Position numbers and translations under genes: made by a program
The notes under the pieces: model-generated
What the model was told of the DNA's origin: nothing
The model's database searches: none
What the model saw: only the letters and a program-made list of their open reading frames with translations
Part shown: in pieces, positions 1 through 15,929 of the stretch
Layout of the letters: every line of letters starts with the position of its first letter
Position numbering within the stretch: position 1 is the first letter of the stretch
Assembly: GCA_964016885.1 (NCBI GenBank)
Contig: OZ024745.1
Coordinates: forward strand, 61,814,001-61,878,000
Reading direction: 5' to 3'
DNA length: 64,000 bases
From: Eledone cirrhosa
Lineage: Eukaryota

Positions 1-1
1 G

Positions 2-640
2 CAAGAGCAGGCCCTCAGAACGAAGTGGTTGAAACACCATATTTACAAGGAGGAGGCTAGCCCATTGTGTAGGATCTGTGGAGAGAGAGAGGAGACTGTG
101 GCTCACATTGTATCCGAGTGTAAACACCTAGCCCAGACTCACTATAAAGGCTGGAGACATGATGTGATAGGCAGCGTGATCCACTGGCACCTATGCAAAG
201 TAAACAATTTACCACATTCTGAGAAGTGGTATGAGCATAAGTCAGAGTCGGTGATAGAAAACGATCAGGTGAAGGTGCTGTGGGATTTTAGGATTCAGAC
301 GGACAAGAAATGAGAACACAATAGGCCTGACATGGTGGTTTTGGACAAGGAAAAAATATCGCGCCGGATTGTAGATGTAGCCTGTCCATTTGACACGAGA
401 GTGCAAGAAAAGGAGAGGGAGACAATTAACCAATACCGGGACTTAAAGTAGGAGGTAAAAAGGATTTGGAACTGCCATGAAGTCAGAGTCGTCCCGATTG
501 TCATAGGCGCACTAGGTACTATTTCAAAGAGTTTCCAAGGATGCTTAAAGAAAATTAGTCCAGCCCCGCTTTTTGGAATACTTCAAAAGTCATGCTTGCT
601 GGGAACAGCAAGAACCCTCCGATACGTCCTGAATATCTGA
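2..640 (+). mobile_element. 3' end of a decayed RLE-type non-LTR retrotransposon (R4/Dong-like): CCHC zinc knuckle plus restriction-like endonuclease
   Basis: Frame 2 reads QEQALRT..CRICGEREETVAHIVSEC..RHD..WDFRIQTDKK*EHNRPDMVV..IVDVACPFD..YRDLK*EVKRIW..VVPIVIGALG..LQKSCLLGTARTLRYVLNI*. Two internal stops; (TAA)n-like tail at about 715-745. Confidence 0.9.
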
Positions 641-744
641 GGCTGCAGGTAGCGGCTTGATATTCATTTCAACAAACTTTCCAGTTAAATAACATCAATG
701 ACTGAGACTCAAAGAATAACAACAATAATAATGATAATAATAAT

Positions 745-910
745 AATTGTTTCTACTTTTGGCACAAGGCCAGCAATTACCCCAGTGCATTACTGGTGCT
801 TTAAGGATGGAAGGCAAAGTTAATCTCGGCAGATTTGAATTCAGAACATAAAGGGACGTAACTATGCTTGAAAGCATGGCGTCCGACCCTCTACCGTACT
901 GCCAACCCAC
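745..910 (-). mobile_element. tRNA-derived SINE family A, internally deleted copy
   Basis: Reverse complement matches the family seen at 7854, 9429, 13988, 14955, 41864 and 53483. Confidence 0.85.
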
Positions 911-1845
911 AATAATAATAATAATGATAGCCACAGTAATAATTGAGAAATTACTTTCAGGATTCGACCTCATATCGTAGTTTCACTCTTCTACACAATT
1001 AAGCCATTCGACACAGATTTGATTGATATGTTATATGTTCGAATACTTTCCAATTTATATAACAATTATAGGTGTGACTGTATAAGGATGAATATTGAAA
1101 TAACAGATCTAATTTTCTCTGTTTACCAATAAAACAAAGCTGACATATTCTGCAATATAATATTCATTATTGTACTTTAGAAAATCCATATTTTACGTCA
1201 GAAATCAATATATTGTTGGTAATTTTATTGAGAAGACTTAATGAAAAAGTGCCAGATTTGTTTCTAAGCTACGATTTGAAGTTAGGCACTCAAAGTAAGA
1301 AATTGTGATCTGTTCTGTGTCTCAGAGTTCAGGAGCTGTTTGCCTTATAATATTACTTTTGCATAACATTAGCTAGTGACTAATAAATTTATATTAAAAT
1401 GAGTCCACAACTGTTCTTCGATTTCCTGTTATATATATATGTTTTGATATAAGTTTGACAAAGTTTGACAAGCGATGTTTCAATATCATTAATAGGGATT
1501 CGGGCTTTGTATATATGCTTTGTAAATACAAACGAAAGACACAGAACTCCAGGGTCATCGGCCGTTGAGATGTACTTTGACAGTTTAGGCCCCTACTAAC
1601 GGTACTGCTGGTCGACCCGGAGTCACAGCGTCTGACACAAGCCAAACGTTGTCCAGTAGAGTAAAAGACGAGAGGCAAAACATTAATTTATTGCAATTAA
1701 ACTACAAGTACACATAAAATGTTATGTGACGTTACAGTATGAAAGTCTCATAAAGGAAACAAAGAAGGAAAAAAGAAAGGAAGAAAAACATAACAAAGAA
1801 AGATATCGTTTTAAAAATGTAATATATATATATGTACATGTATTA

Positions 1846-1912
<67 letters not shown>

Positions 1913-1960
1913 CATATATGTATATATATATATATGTGTGTGTGCATATATATGTGTATG

Positions 1961-1993
<33 letters not shown>

Positions 1994-2002
1994 GTCTATA
2001 TG

Positions 2003-2048
<46 letters not shown>

Positions 2049-2332
2049 AAGTCCATAGAATCATTAGATAAAATATATACAGTATTTTTTCTCCCAATCA
2101 GCATAAATCAACCACACAAAAAATCATTTAAACGATACTTAACATATACTTATGAAGAAACAATAGATAAATGATATAGCTTTTTATCCGCGACTCACAG
2201 CTACAAAAAAATTACCTAGTATTCCTAATAGCATGTAGAAATTGACTAGACATAGAGTTAACCATACATAATTATGTACAAAATCAAAGTTAGAAGAAAA
2301 AATGTACATAAACCTTACCCAAATCATTAAAA

Positions 2333-2418
2333 TATCTCTAACCCTGGCGGTTTCATTCCATTTTTGGATATATACGACCTTGGATAAATCAACGAGCTTT
2401 GGAAATCATCAGGAGATA
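2333..2418 (-). ncRNA. type I hammerhead ribozyme motif (slightly imperfect)
   Basis: Minus strand: TATCTC-CTGATGA-tTTCCA..TGGAAt-GAAACC gccag GGT-T-a-GAGATA. One extra nt at the cleavage junction. Confidence 0.55.
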
Positions 2419-2592
2419 ACTCAATTGGACAAAGCTTTTCTTACACGATCCCCGCCAGAAACGAATTCAAAATGGCTAAGAATCATCACGTGGCTAGTGG
2501 TAAAGGTAGAAAGTTTGTGATTGGTGTCTGAAAGCGCAGCCGAATACTGCCTAAAGTTTTACTCAACCTTTCATATATATTTATATATATAT

Positions 2593-3369
2593 AAATTGGA
2601 TTAAATGCTCTGAAATAGCGATATATATGTGAAGATAGACATAGAATATTCGAAAATATTCTGTATGTTTAAATAAACATTTTGAAGACCTAATCGCTAT
2701 AGAATAGAATACGTCACGTATTACAATTAGATTCTCGATAAAAGCAAGGGAAGTAACCTACGCGTTTCATTCTCATTAGAAATCTTCAGGATTACATATC
2801 CAGTGCTTTTATCGAGAATGACACAGCTAGAGACTTATAGAATACTTAGCTGTGTACAGGAACTGGTTTGAAAGAGCGGTTGCCGGTCCGGCAGAAATTA
2901 GAAATTGGATTAAATGCTCTGAAATAGCGATATATATGTGAAGATAGACATAGAATATTCGAAAATATTCTGTATGTTTAAATAAACATTTTGAAGACCT
3001 AATCGCTATAGAATAGAATACGTCACGTATTACAATTAGATTCTCGATAAAAGCAAGGGAAGTAACCTACGCGTTTCATTCTCATTAGAAATCTTCAGGA
3101 TTACATATCCAGTGCTTTTATCGAGAATGACACAGCTAGAGACTTATAGAATACTTAGCTGTGTACAGGAACTGGTTTGAAAGAGCGTAAAAGCACTGGA
3201 TATGTAATCCTGAAGATTTCTAATGAGAATGAAACGCGTAGGTTACTTCCCTTGCTTTTATCGAGAATCTAATTGTAATACGTGACGTATTCTATTCTAT
3301 AGCGATTAGGTCTTCAAAATGTTTATTTAAACATACAGAATATTTTCGAATATTCTATGTCTATCTTCA
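2593..3369. mobile_element. retrozyme-like/PLE-derived element: about 1.9 tandem copies of a 309-bp unit (HHR on minus) followed by an inverted partial copy, flanked by (TA)n
   Basis: 2593-2901 is repeated at 2902-3187; 3188-3369 is the reverse complement of part of the unit. HHR motifs at 2753-2795(-), 3062-3104(-) and 3204-3246(+). Confidence 0.85.
3204..3246 (+). ncRNA. minimal type I hammerhead ribozyme
   Basis: GTAATC-CTGAAGA-tTTCT aatg AGAAt-GAAACGCGT-A-GGTTAC: helix I 6 bp, canonical core, palindromic helix III ACGCGT, GUA triplet. Confidence 0.85.
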
Positions 3370-3990
3370 TATATATATATATATATATATATACAATGTA
3401 CAAAGGCAAAATTTCGGCTTTTGAAGCGCTGAGAATATGTGTATATATATATAAGTATAAACAAAGGATCTTCATCCTACTTTATAAACTATGAGATACT
3501 TCTGGTTTCCTTGACCGTAGGACTACCTCCCTACTCACAACGATCGGCACGGAGCTGGCTACCAGCAGGTGTGAGCCTCTCGAGCTGGAATGGCTCTTCT
3601 AATGCGTCTTCCTCGCCATCCTCCGGAGAAACGCCTTTTCAATTCTTTGCGTCGGGGCCAAGGAGCGGCCGGTGCGTGGGATACCATTTGCTCATAATAG
3701 TGAGAGACGAGGAGAGCGGGAGAGACAGAGGCATCAATGCACACACACACTTGATAAGACAATGATTGATGTCGTTTCTTTGAACGAAAGTTATGAGATT
3801 GAGAATCCTAATGTATAAGAATTTTTTTTATTGAAAACCCTCTCATATGTATAAGTTCAAACATAACATATCGACATTCTTTATTGATTATCATTTATAT
3901 GACACGTATGCATATATTTTTTATTTATCATTTATATGACACGTATGCATATATTTTTCAAATCCACTGTCAATAAAGACACCAGGATTT

Positions 3991-4050
3991 TTTCATTCTG
4001 ACGAATGAAAGAAATTTTGGTTGCTTTCAAGAAACCACTGGTAAATGAAA
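3991..4050 (+). ncRNA. type I hammerhead ribozyme (second copy at 38160-38219)
   Basis: TTTCATT-CTGACGA-aTGAAAG..CTTTCAa-GAAACCA c TGGT-A-AATGAAA. Confidence 0.8.
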
Positions 4051-4214
4051 TAATTATCTTATGTTGTTTATTACATAACTAATAAGCTCTGTAATTTACA
4101 TGGAGCACCCTTTTTTCCTGGACCTTTCCGACGGAATTACTTCATTCACACATATATATATAATACAAATAGTGAAAACAATGAAATTAAACAAAATACG
4201 GGTAATTCATAGTA

Positions 4215-4355
4215 AAAACTCATTATTTTACGATCGTTTCTGAGAGGTAGTTCTCCGTATGTTCATTCTATTAGTGATCTATGTAAAATATATTACAAAT
4301 TAAGAAAATATACATACGTCTTCCCTACTCGCCGTCTTCAGAAATAATGAGTTTT
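4215..4355 (-). ncRNA. hammerhead ribozyme with 94-nt helix II insert
   Basis: Minus strand: AAAACTCATTATTT-CTGAAGA-[94 nt incl. CGTATGT/ACATACG pairing]-GAAACGATCGT-A-AAATAATGAGTTTT; 14-bp perfect helix I. Confidence 0.75.
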
Positions 4356-5046
4356 GTTTATTGAAGAATATAAAAACATGTATGAAGTAACCTTTTAAGA
4401 ACAAGGTTGAGATTGACCAATAGTAAAAATAGGAAGGGGCAATATAGATCATTAAGCTGGTAGTAGTAGATGAATAAATTAGCAGTCAGGTGATCGAATG
4501 ACCTTTAAGAAAAGAAAGTTGTGAGTGTAAAGGAATTTAGACAGATTGTATAGACATTTTAGAAAAGTGTGGAGGATCAAGGAAGATTAAAGTTGGAGGA
4601 AAACGGGTGCGTTATAGCCAGTAGAATAGTATAGAACAATCCTAAATATTTGTTATTTCTTTGTTCAAGAGGATTAATTTGTTCTAAAAATACAACAAGT
4701 AGAGTAATTAGATGGAACCAAAGAAAAGTAAAAAGTAGATGAAAATATATAGGTAAGAAAATAATAAAATTTGTGTAAGTATTGTATTGTGTTAGAGTGG
4801 TCAGAATGAAGTTTTACTTGTAGGGAATTTTATTTTCCAATAAGAAATCTCATTAATAATCTGGCTTTCTTAATAGGTTTAAATGCATGTCTGTTAAAGT
4901 TGTGTTAGAGTGTTGAATATAATGTAATATATAGTGCTCATTAATAGTTAATTATTTAAAATAGTTATAGGGATGAACTATAGGATTGAATCTATGGAAT
5001 AATTCTAATAGCAAAAAATATATATATATATATATATACACACACA

Positions 5047-6615
<1,569 letters not shown>

Positions 6616-6618
<3 letters not shown>

Positions 6619-7073
6619 CTTATCAAGATTCTTTATCTGAAAACATGTGTTGAAACCGATATTGTTATACTTTGGGAGGGTCATGTTGCCAATAAGAAAC
6701 ACACACACCAGTTGCTTTCACTTCAATTTATTATAATAAATTTATAAATTTAGGAATTTATAAATTTCCGGTTGGTTGGTTGGTTCCACAACCAGATGGT
6801 TGTTTATATATTGTCAAAGTTCTTTCGTCACATATTCTGTGACCTCTTCAGTGACTGGGGAAACAAAGAAAAGAATCCCCAGTCACTGAAGAGGTCACAG
6901 AATGTGTGACGAAAGAACTTTGACAATTTATAAACAACCATCTGGCTGAGGTAACCAACCAACCAACCGGACATTTATAAATTCCTAAATTTATAAATTT
7001 AATTTATAATAAATTGAAGTGAAATCAGCTGGTGCGTGTGTTTCTTATTGGCAACATGACCCTCCCAAAGCAT

Positions 7074-7080
<7 letters not shown>
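6616..7080. mobile_element. HHR fold-back element (arms about 6659-6862 and 6876-7080; left extension about 45 nt)
   Basis: Inverted repeat between (TA)n tracts. HHR at 6882-6924(+): GTCA-CTGAAGA-gGTCACA gaatg TGTGAC-GAAAG aa CT-T-TGAC. Confidence 0.85.
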
Positions 7081-7126
<46 letters not shown>

Positions 7127-7853
7127 TGTGTGTGTGTAGTTATATATATATTTTTTTGCTATTAGAATTATTCCATAGATTCAATCCTATAGTTCATCCC
7201 TATAACTATTTTAAATAATTAACTATTAATGAGCACTATATATTACATTATATTCAACACTCTAACAAAACTTGAACAGTCATGCATTTAAACCTATTAA
7301 AAAAGCCAGATTATTAATGAGATTTCTTATTGGAAAATAAAATTCCCTACAGGTAAAACTTCATTCTGACCACTCTAACACAATACAATACTTACACAAA
7401 TTTTATTATTTTCTTACCTATATATTTTTATCTACTTTTTACTTTTCTTTGGTTCCATCTAATTCCTCTACTTGTTGTATTTTTAGAACAAATTAATCCT
7501 CTTGAACAAAGAAATAACAAATATTTAGGATAGTTCTATACTATTCTACTGGCTATAACACACTGATATCTGCACCCGTTTTCCTCCAACTTTAATCTTC
7601 CTTGACCCTCAACACTTTTCTAAAATTTCTATACAATCTGTCTAAATTCCTTTACACTCACAACTTTCTTTTCTTAAAGGTGATTCGATACCTCACCCCC
7701 TGACTGCTAATTTATTCATCTACTACTACCAGCTTAATGATCTATATTGCCCCTTCCTATTTTTACTATTGGTCAATCTCAACCTTGTTCTTAAAAGGTT
7801 ACTTATTCATACATATTTTTATATTCTTCAATAAACAAAACTCATTATTTCTG

Positions 7854-8040
7854 GTGGATTGGCAGTATCGGTAGAGGTTCGGACGCCATGCTTTGACGCA
7901 TAGAGTTACGGCCCTTGCAATTCTGAGTTCAAATCTCGCCGAGGTTAAATCTGCCTTTCATCCTTACGGGGTCGATAAAATAATGTACCAGTAATGCACT
8001 GGATAATTACTGGCCTTGTGCCAAAAGTAGAAACAATTAT
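7854..8040 (+). mobile_element. SINE family A with 10-bp target-site duplication
   Basis: B-box-like GAGTTCAAATC; core GCCTTTCATCCTTACGGGGTCGATAAAAT; TSD ATTATTTCTG at 7844-7853 and 8036-8045. Confidence 0.9.
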
Positions 8041-8377
8041 TTCTGAAGAAGGCGAGTAGGGAAGACGTATGTATAGCTTTTACTTTGATAATTTGTAATA
8101 TTTTTATATAGATCACTAATAGAATGAACATACGGCGAACTACCCCCCCCCCCCCAAAAAAAAAACGTTCGCAAAATAATGAGTTTTTACTATGAATTAC
8201 CCGTATTTTAGTTAATTTCATTGTTTTCACTATTTGTATTATTTTGACTCTGCTTCCAAGGAATTATATCGTTGAAATTTTGTATTTTAAACTTTGCCTC
8301 ACGACATCTTCTACATACGGATTACATTGAATTCTTCATACGGCTTGGACCCTACCATTAATTGGTGAATTTATCTG

Positions 8378-8564
<187 letters not shown>

Positions 8565-8565
8565 G

Positions 8566-8687
<122 letters not shown>

Positions 8688-8692
8688 CATAC

Positions 8693-8753
<61 letters not shown>

Positions 8754-8811
8754 CATATATATATATATATATATAGTAAGGAGGTCAAGTATGTTATAGA
8801 TCAGTAAATAG

Positions 8812-8860
8812 TTGCTCCGAAGAATCCAAACCTCGGTTTGGAGGAAACAATTGTAAGCAA
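8812..8860 (+). ncRNA. hammerhead motif with CCGAAGA (U4C) core
   Basis: TTGCT-CCGAAGA-aTCCAAACC tc GGTTTGGAg-GAAACAATTGT-A-AGCAA. Related copies near 38330-38378(-), 43530-43577(-) and 44538-44586(+) keep the CC. Confidence 0.7.
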
Positions 8861-8891
8861 ATAAATGACTTAAACTGAACTTTGATTATTG

Positions 8892-9015
<124 letters not shown>

Positions 9016-9081
9016 GTATATATATATATATAAATATATGTATATATATGTATATATATGTATATATAGAGAGATAAATAT

Positions 9082-9825
<744 letters not shown>

Positions 9826-9826
9826 G

Positions 9827-9916
<90 letters not shown>

Positions 9917-9921
9917 TATAA

Positions 9922-9963
<42 letters not shown>

Positions 9964-9990
9964 GTATATATATATATGTATATATATATG

Positions 9991-10030
<40 letters not shown>

Positions 10031-10031
<1 letters not shown>

Positions 10032-10262
10032 TGATATACTTTGGGAGGGTCATGTTGCCAATAAGAAACACACGCACAAGTTGTTTCACTCCAATTTATT
10101 ATAAATAAATAAAAATATATATATAAAAATAAAAATATTTTTTTAAAAAACTTATAAATTTCCGGTTGGTTGGTTTCACAACCGGACGGTTGTTCATATA
10201 TTGTCAAAGTTCTTTCGTCACACATTCTGTGACCTCTTCATTGACTGGGGATTCTTTTCTTT
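10031..10262 (-). mobile_element. single-arm copy of the 6616-7080 HHR family
   Basis: Matches the left arm 6661-6862; flanked by (TA)n. Confidence 0.8.
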
Positions 10263-10298
10263 GTTTTTTCTTTTTTTTAATTTTTATATTCAGAAACG

Positions 10299-10383
<85 letters not shown>

Positions 10384-10390
10384 CATATAC

Positions 10391-10547
<157 letters not shown>

Positions 10548-10601
10548 TAAAAAAATAATGAATAAAACAATGAAACAGTTCCTTATATTAAACAAAAAAA
10601 G

Positions 10602-10756
10602 TTCATTATTTAACGATCGTTTCTAGGATATATATGTGTTAGAATTGGCATGCATATTCAACAGATCTATGTACACAATTATACAAAATTATACAAACTA
10701 TCAAGATTAAATATACATACCAAACACACATATATGCCGTCTTCAGAAATAATGAA
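10602..10756 (-). ncRNA. hammerhead motif with 116-nt helix II insert (related to 4215-4355)
   Basis: Minus strand: TTCATTATTT-CTGAAGA-cggc..[116 nt]-GAAACGATCGT-T-AAATAATGAA. Confidence 0.7.
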
Positions 10757-10866
10757 ATATATTTATTGATAATAACAACAATTCAAAATTTCAGGTCCGT
10801 TTGGGAATATATATATATATATATATACATATGTATATATATACATATATATATATATATATAAAA

Positions 10867-10914
<48 letters not shown>

Positions 10915-10974
10915 AATACACACACATCTTTAGTTATATCCTTACTTATTTTTACTTTTATTTTTAATTGTTAT

Positions 10975-10975
10975 G

Positions 10976-11049
<74 letters not shown>

Positions 11050-11122
11050 GCTACTGCAGCTGCTACTGCTACTGCTGCTGCTGCTACTACTACTACTACT
11101 ACTACTACTACTGCTACTGCTG

Positions 11123-11166
<44 letters not shown>
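10975..11166. repeat. (CTA)n/(CTG)n trinucleotide microsatellite
   Basis: Direct reading. Confidence 0.95.
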
Positions 11167-11595
11167 GAACCCTTCTAAGAAGGCATTCTCTAACACTTGA
11201 AACTAAAATATTGAAAGTATTTTGCGCTGGCAGCCACAGCCTGGCTTTGTCTTTAGACCATCCCACACAAAGAACGGGAGATTGGAAACACAGTTGTATT
11301 AGTGCCATCAAATCAATCAAATGTCAAGAAAAGCAAGCTCTTTTTGGGAAAGCGAATTCTACAACTACAAAATACTAAGCATTCTTTGAACTGCCAACAT
11401 TGTACTCCAATACTAACCTCTCTTTAAAGAGTCAAATAAACATTTAACCAAAAATGGAATGATCAAGAAAATGAATAAAAATCAACGAATAGGATTGAAT
11501 GAACACACCCCACCAAGTAATGCTAGATATAGAACCGTATACTGAATCCACATGTTAACTGTGACATATTCGTTCAATAAATGATTTCGCGATAG

Positions 11596-11652
11596 CTGTC
11601 TGATGAGGTGGCATGTATTACATAATAGATACCAGTGAAATATATATAACAG
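11596..11652 (+). ncRNA. type I hammerhead motif
   Basis: CTGT-CTGATGA-[imperfect hairpin TGG..TATTA ca TAATA..CCA]-GAAATATATAT-A-ACAG. Confidence 0.6.
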
Positions 11653-13987
11653 TAACAAGGATCAATAAAATGACGTAAGATTCAAATACAATGACTTCTT
11701 CTGTATTACATATGCACGTATATATATATGTATTTATATATAAGTACTCTTAAAATATTATTCTTGTAAATAGTTTAACAAGAAAATCAGTATTATCTAA
11801 CAGTGGAAGGCGGAAAATTGTCCAAAACACTAATAATCATTGGCTTAAATTTGGTTTGAGCGTTCAAATCATATAACGGTTGTCCCTGTATGTAATTTCC
11901 ACCAAGGGCTGTACAATATCTATCAGTAGCATAGAGCAACTAATTCGATCGTCTATAGATCTCTCACTGCAAACATTAACCTTGTGTCATGTCGAAAGAA
12001 ATCATTGTTATCCTTATCTCTCATGTTCATTGACACTTTATATTGGATACCGGAGCAGAATATAATCTTTAGTTAATCCTTCTTTCTATAAAACAATTGG
12101 AGACGCATGAGACATGATGAGATAGAAAGCTTTATTTTCGGTCATGTTAAATATGTCTATATAATATGGATAATATCTATAATCAATAAAATGAGGTGGG
12201 AATAATCGATATTATATCGATATGATATTTATGACCAGATAACTGTTTAATAATGAACAATATTGCTGTATGCAATGCAAAGATATATTATGTATTTATT
12301 GTTTCTTATATATTTGATTTTCCTTGTGGCAAAACTAAATTTATTCCAATAATCATATGAATTATTGGTTTTGACTAGACACGAAATCTCTTTAGAACAG
12401 AGAATAATGGAAGCTGTGTGTTTCGTTTTAACTCCCTTTTCAAAGGACGTTAGTGGCAGAAAGCGAAATGAAATTGCATTAATCAAGAATCGAAATTAGG
12501 TTGGGATAATGACTTGGCATGAATTTATCACTTGTATTCCATTGCTTCCTTCAGTAATCTTACTTAGAATAAGCAAATTAGTGTTGAATGTAATCATTCA
12601 ACTAAAATAGCCAGTCTGTATGTGTGTAAATCCTCATTTCACGAGTCACTGGTAGAACACACACACAGATGAACTTTATTTCTAAGTCTAACTTTAGTCT
12701 ATTCATGAAAAGAACCTGGAGATATATTTTATTAAACGTTTAAATATCTTCTAATGAAATAGTCTTTTCAAATTACACTGACAATATATACGAAGTTGTG
12801 AAACTATATAATATGTTATCTAAATGTTTTTAACTGATATTTTCAATATTTCATTTTTATATTATATATCAGTTTTTGCATGTGTAAACTTGTTCGATAC
12901 GGTTTTATTTGTACATTTATAATACTGTGAAATTTGGTTTTCATATTTTTTGTTCGTTATAAAAATATTTTAATGAATATATGCTTAAATTTCACTATCA
13001 TATAAGAAATATGATCAGTTTCCTCTATTTTATTATTAGAATGCACCGCTTAAAAGAAAAGGATTGTTAGAAACGACGTCAGCATATCAAACAAAATGCA
13101 TTGCCTTGTTTAGTTACAACTTTGCAGGTTGTGACTTTAATTATTGCTTGGGAAACTTATCTTTTTTTAGTTCCACTGTTGAAAACATAAAGTACCAATG
13201 AAATAATCTGGGGATATGAGACATGAAATGTATCACAACATTTCTGTCGCAGTGTATAGGTTAAAAGCCATTATTCACACTGACAAACAACAACACACAA
13301 TACATATATTTATATATGCATATGTGAGATCACAGATCTACCCGATAGATCGCATTTTTCCGATGCCGTACGAGTGCGCTAACCCCTATGCTAAAGTAGC
13401 GTTGGCAACTAAGTCCGTCCTCTTAGAATATTTCAAGTATGTAACTAGGTGTAGAAAAAGTAGTTAACTAAAGAAACATTGCAATATTTGGCTTTCTAAA
13501 CGTCAGGGGCATAATGCAAATACTCATAATAATTGTTCATCACTATAAATAATTGTTGAGAAAATCGTGTTCATTGAAGCTGGAGACGTGCATGCGCTAC
13601 AATTACTGGAAGCAAAATTGGAGACGGTATATATATATATATATATATATGAGAATGCTAAGAATCTCTAAGTTATAATTTATCCCCCATTTAGCAAGTG
13701 TTCAGCAGGGTACCACCTAACTATAAGAAGGCTCTAGTCAGGATTAGTATCAATGAAAAAGTAATCTATTAACATAAAATAAACCTACCGACCTTGTATG
13801 CCAGAAGAGCCAGGGAACGGAAAGCATTTGAAATTAATTAAATAATAGCATATATAGAAAGTAAATATCGAAGAGACCACTGTTAAAATATTGCACCACC
13901 TTGATTTTTAAAAATTAAAAGTACTGTTCGAACTTCGATTGTAATCTCCTTTATATTGGAAAGCTCTTGGTATGGTTATTCAGCATT

Positions 13988-14167
13988 ATTGGCAGTATCG
14001 GTAGAGGGTCGGACGCCATGCTTTCCAGCATAGTTACGTCCCTTTACTATCTGAGTTCAAATCCCGCCGAGGTTGACTTTGCCTTTCATCCTTACGGGGT
14101 CGATAAAATAAAGTACCAGTAATGCACTGGGTAATTGCTGGCCTTGTACCTAAAGTAGAAACAATTA
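13988..14167 (+). mobile_element. SINE family A
   Basis: Sequence identity to the other copies. Confidence 0.9.
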
Positions 14168-14259
14168 TAACTGATCCAACTGGAAAAAATATTGCAATTT
14201 ATCCTACATTATGAAAAGCTGCATAGACACAATTACAAACATATACGTGGGATCACGCG

Positions 14260-14307
<48 letters not shown>

Positions 14308-14954
14308 GACATAAAGACTATATACATAATCACTTACATTTACTTCGATACACCCACCCACATTTATTTATTCACATGGCAACTATGTTCCTATATAATA
14401 TTCCAGGCTAGCAGGAAAGTCTCATTTATAAAATTATATTGAGGCATTCAAATTACGTTTTCTTTTTTAAATGGAATCTTTCTTTTTTCTTTTCAAACTT
14501 GATTGCAATTGAAATTTAATTATATGTTTTCTTAAAGATGGTTTTTAATCGGAAGTTGTCTGAAGAAAACAATAAGAAGAAATACCTAAATGTAAAATAA
14601 AACACAAATAAAAAATCCACAACAAAACATTTGATCATCATAGTAAGCGCCTCAATTCAGTTGAAATTATCCTCTGAATCAATTGTTGTCATTGAAATGA
14701 AGATCACTACTGCGTTATTGTATCAAACATTTAGTACAATCATTGAATCTTAAGAATTGGTGCAGTCATGTGTTGCGTGTGCGTGTAAACATTTTAAACC
14801 ATGCGTGTATCTAAACTTGATGTCTTATTTATTTTTGAGCATTCCAAAACTCTTGGTCAAAGTTATTTATATAATTAAAGCATAATTGGTTCAGGAATTA
14901 ATTAATCTAGATGAAAATAGGTTGTGTATTCGATAACATTATCTATCTATTTAT

Positions 14955-15147
14955 AGAGGGTGGTGCATTGGCAGTATCGGTAGAGGGTCGGACGCCATGC
15001 TTTCCAGCATAGTTACGTCCCTTTACGATCTGAGTTCAAATCCCGCCGAGGTTGACTTTGCCTTTCATCCTTACGGGGTCGATAGAATAAAGTACCAGTA
15101 ATGCACTGGGTAATTGCTGGCCTTGTGCCTAAAGTAGAAACAATTAT
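14955..15147 (+). mobile_element. SINE family A, full length, 17-bp TSD
   Basis: TSD ATTATCTATCTATTTAT at 14938-14954 and 15143-15159. Confidence 0.9.
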
Positions 15148-15285
15148 CTATCTATTTATCTATGCAGATACATAAATGTTTCTCTCTCCCCCCTGTCTCT
15201 CTTCTCTCTCTCCCTCTCTATCTATCTATCTATATATATATATGTACCTATATATATATGTGTGTGTGTATAAATATGTATGCAT

Positions 15286-15319
<34 letters not shown>

Positions 15320-15418
15320 ATAAATATGTATACATATATATATATATATATACATACATACATATATATATATATGTATATATATATATATGTATATGGA
15401 GGCATATGTATATGTATA

Positions 15419-15768
15419 TGGAGGCACATGGCTTAGTGGTTAGAGCATTGGCCTTGCAATCGAAAGGTTGTGAGTTCAATTCTCAGACCGGGTGATGTGT
15501 TGTTTCCTTGAGCAAGACACTTTATTTCACATTGCTCCAGTTTACTCAGCTGTAGAAATGAGATGATAGGGACCCCAGTCCCTATCATTCCACTGCAAAG
15601 TGGTCGTGGAGGTGCCACGGCAAAAAAAGCACCCAGCACTCACTGTAAATGAGGTTGGTGTTAGGAAGGGCATCCAGCTGTAGAAATCAAGCCTGAGTCA
15701 GTTCCCGTCCCACCCTTGCAAGCAGGGAAAAGTGGACGTAAAATGATGATGATGATGATGATGATGAT
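15419..15768 (+). mobile_element. tRNA-derived SINE family B with (ATG)n tail
   Basis: A box TGGCTTAGTGG, B box GAGTTCAATTC, body TCCTTGAGCAAGACACTT..CCAGTTTACTCAGCTGTAGAAATGAG, end GGACGTAAAA(TGA)n. Confidence 0.85.
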
Positions 15769-15929
15769 ATATATATATATATATATATAATAAAATGCTG
15801 TAGTTTGCTTGACGCATTGTATATAAAATATGACGTTGAAAGAGAAAGAAGGCTAAACAATTTAAAATGGACTATTATATGAGGTAACAAAAAGTAAAAG
15901 TAAGTTACCTGGTAATCTTTGTTGTTGTT

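Noticed and set aside
1540-3765. GC-richer patches (1540-1680, 3500-3765) as host exons
   Set aside because: No recognisable protein motif or convincing splice-bounded frame; left unassigned.
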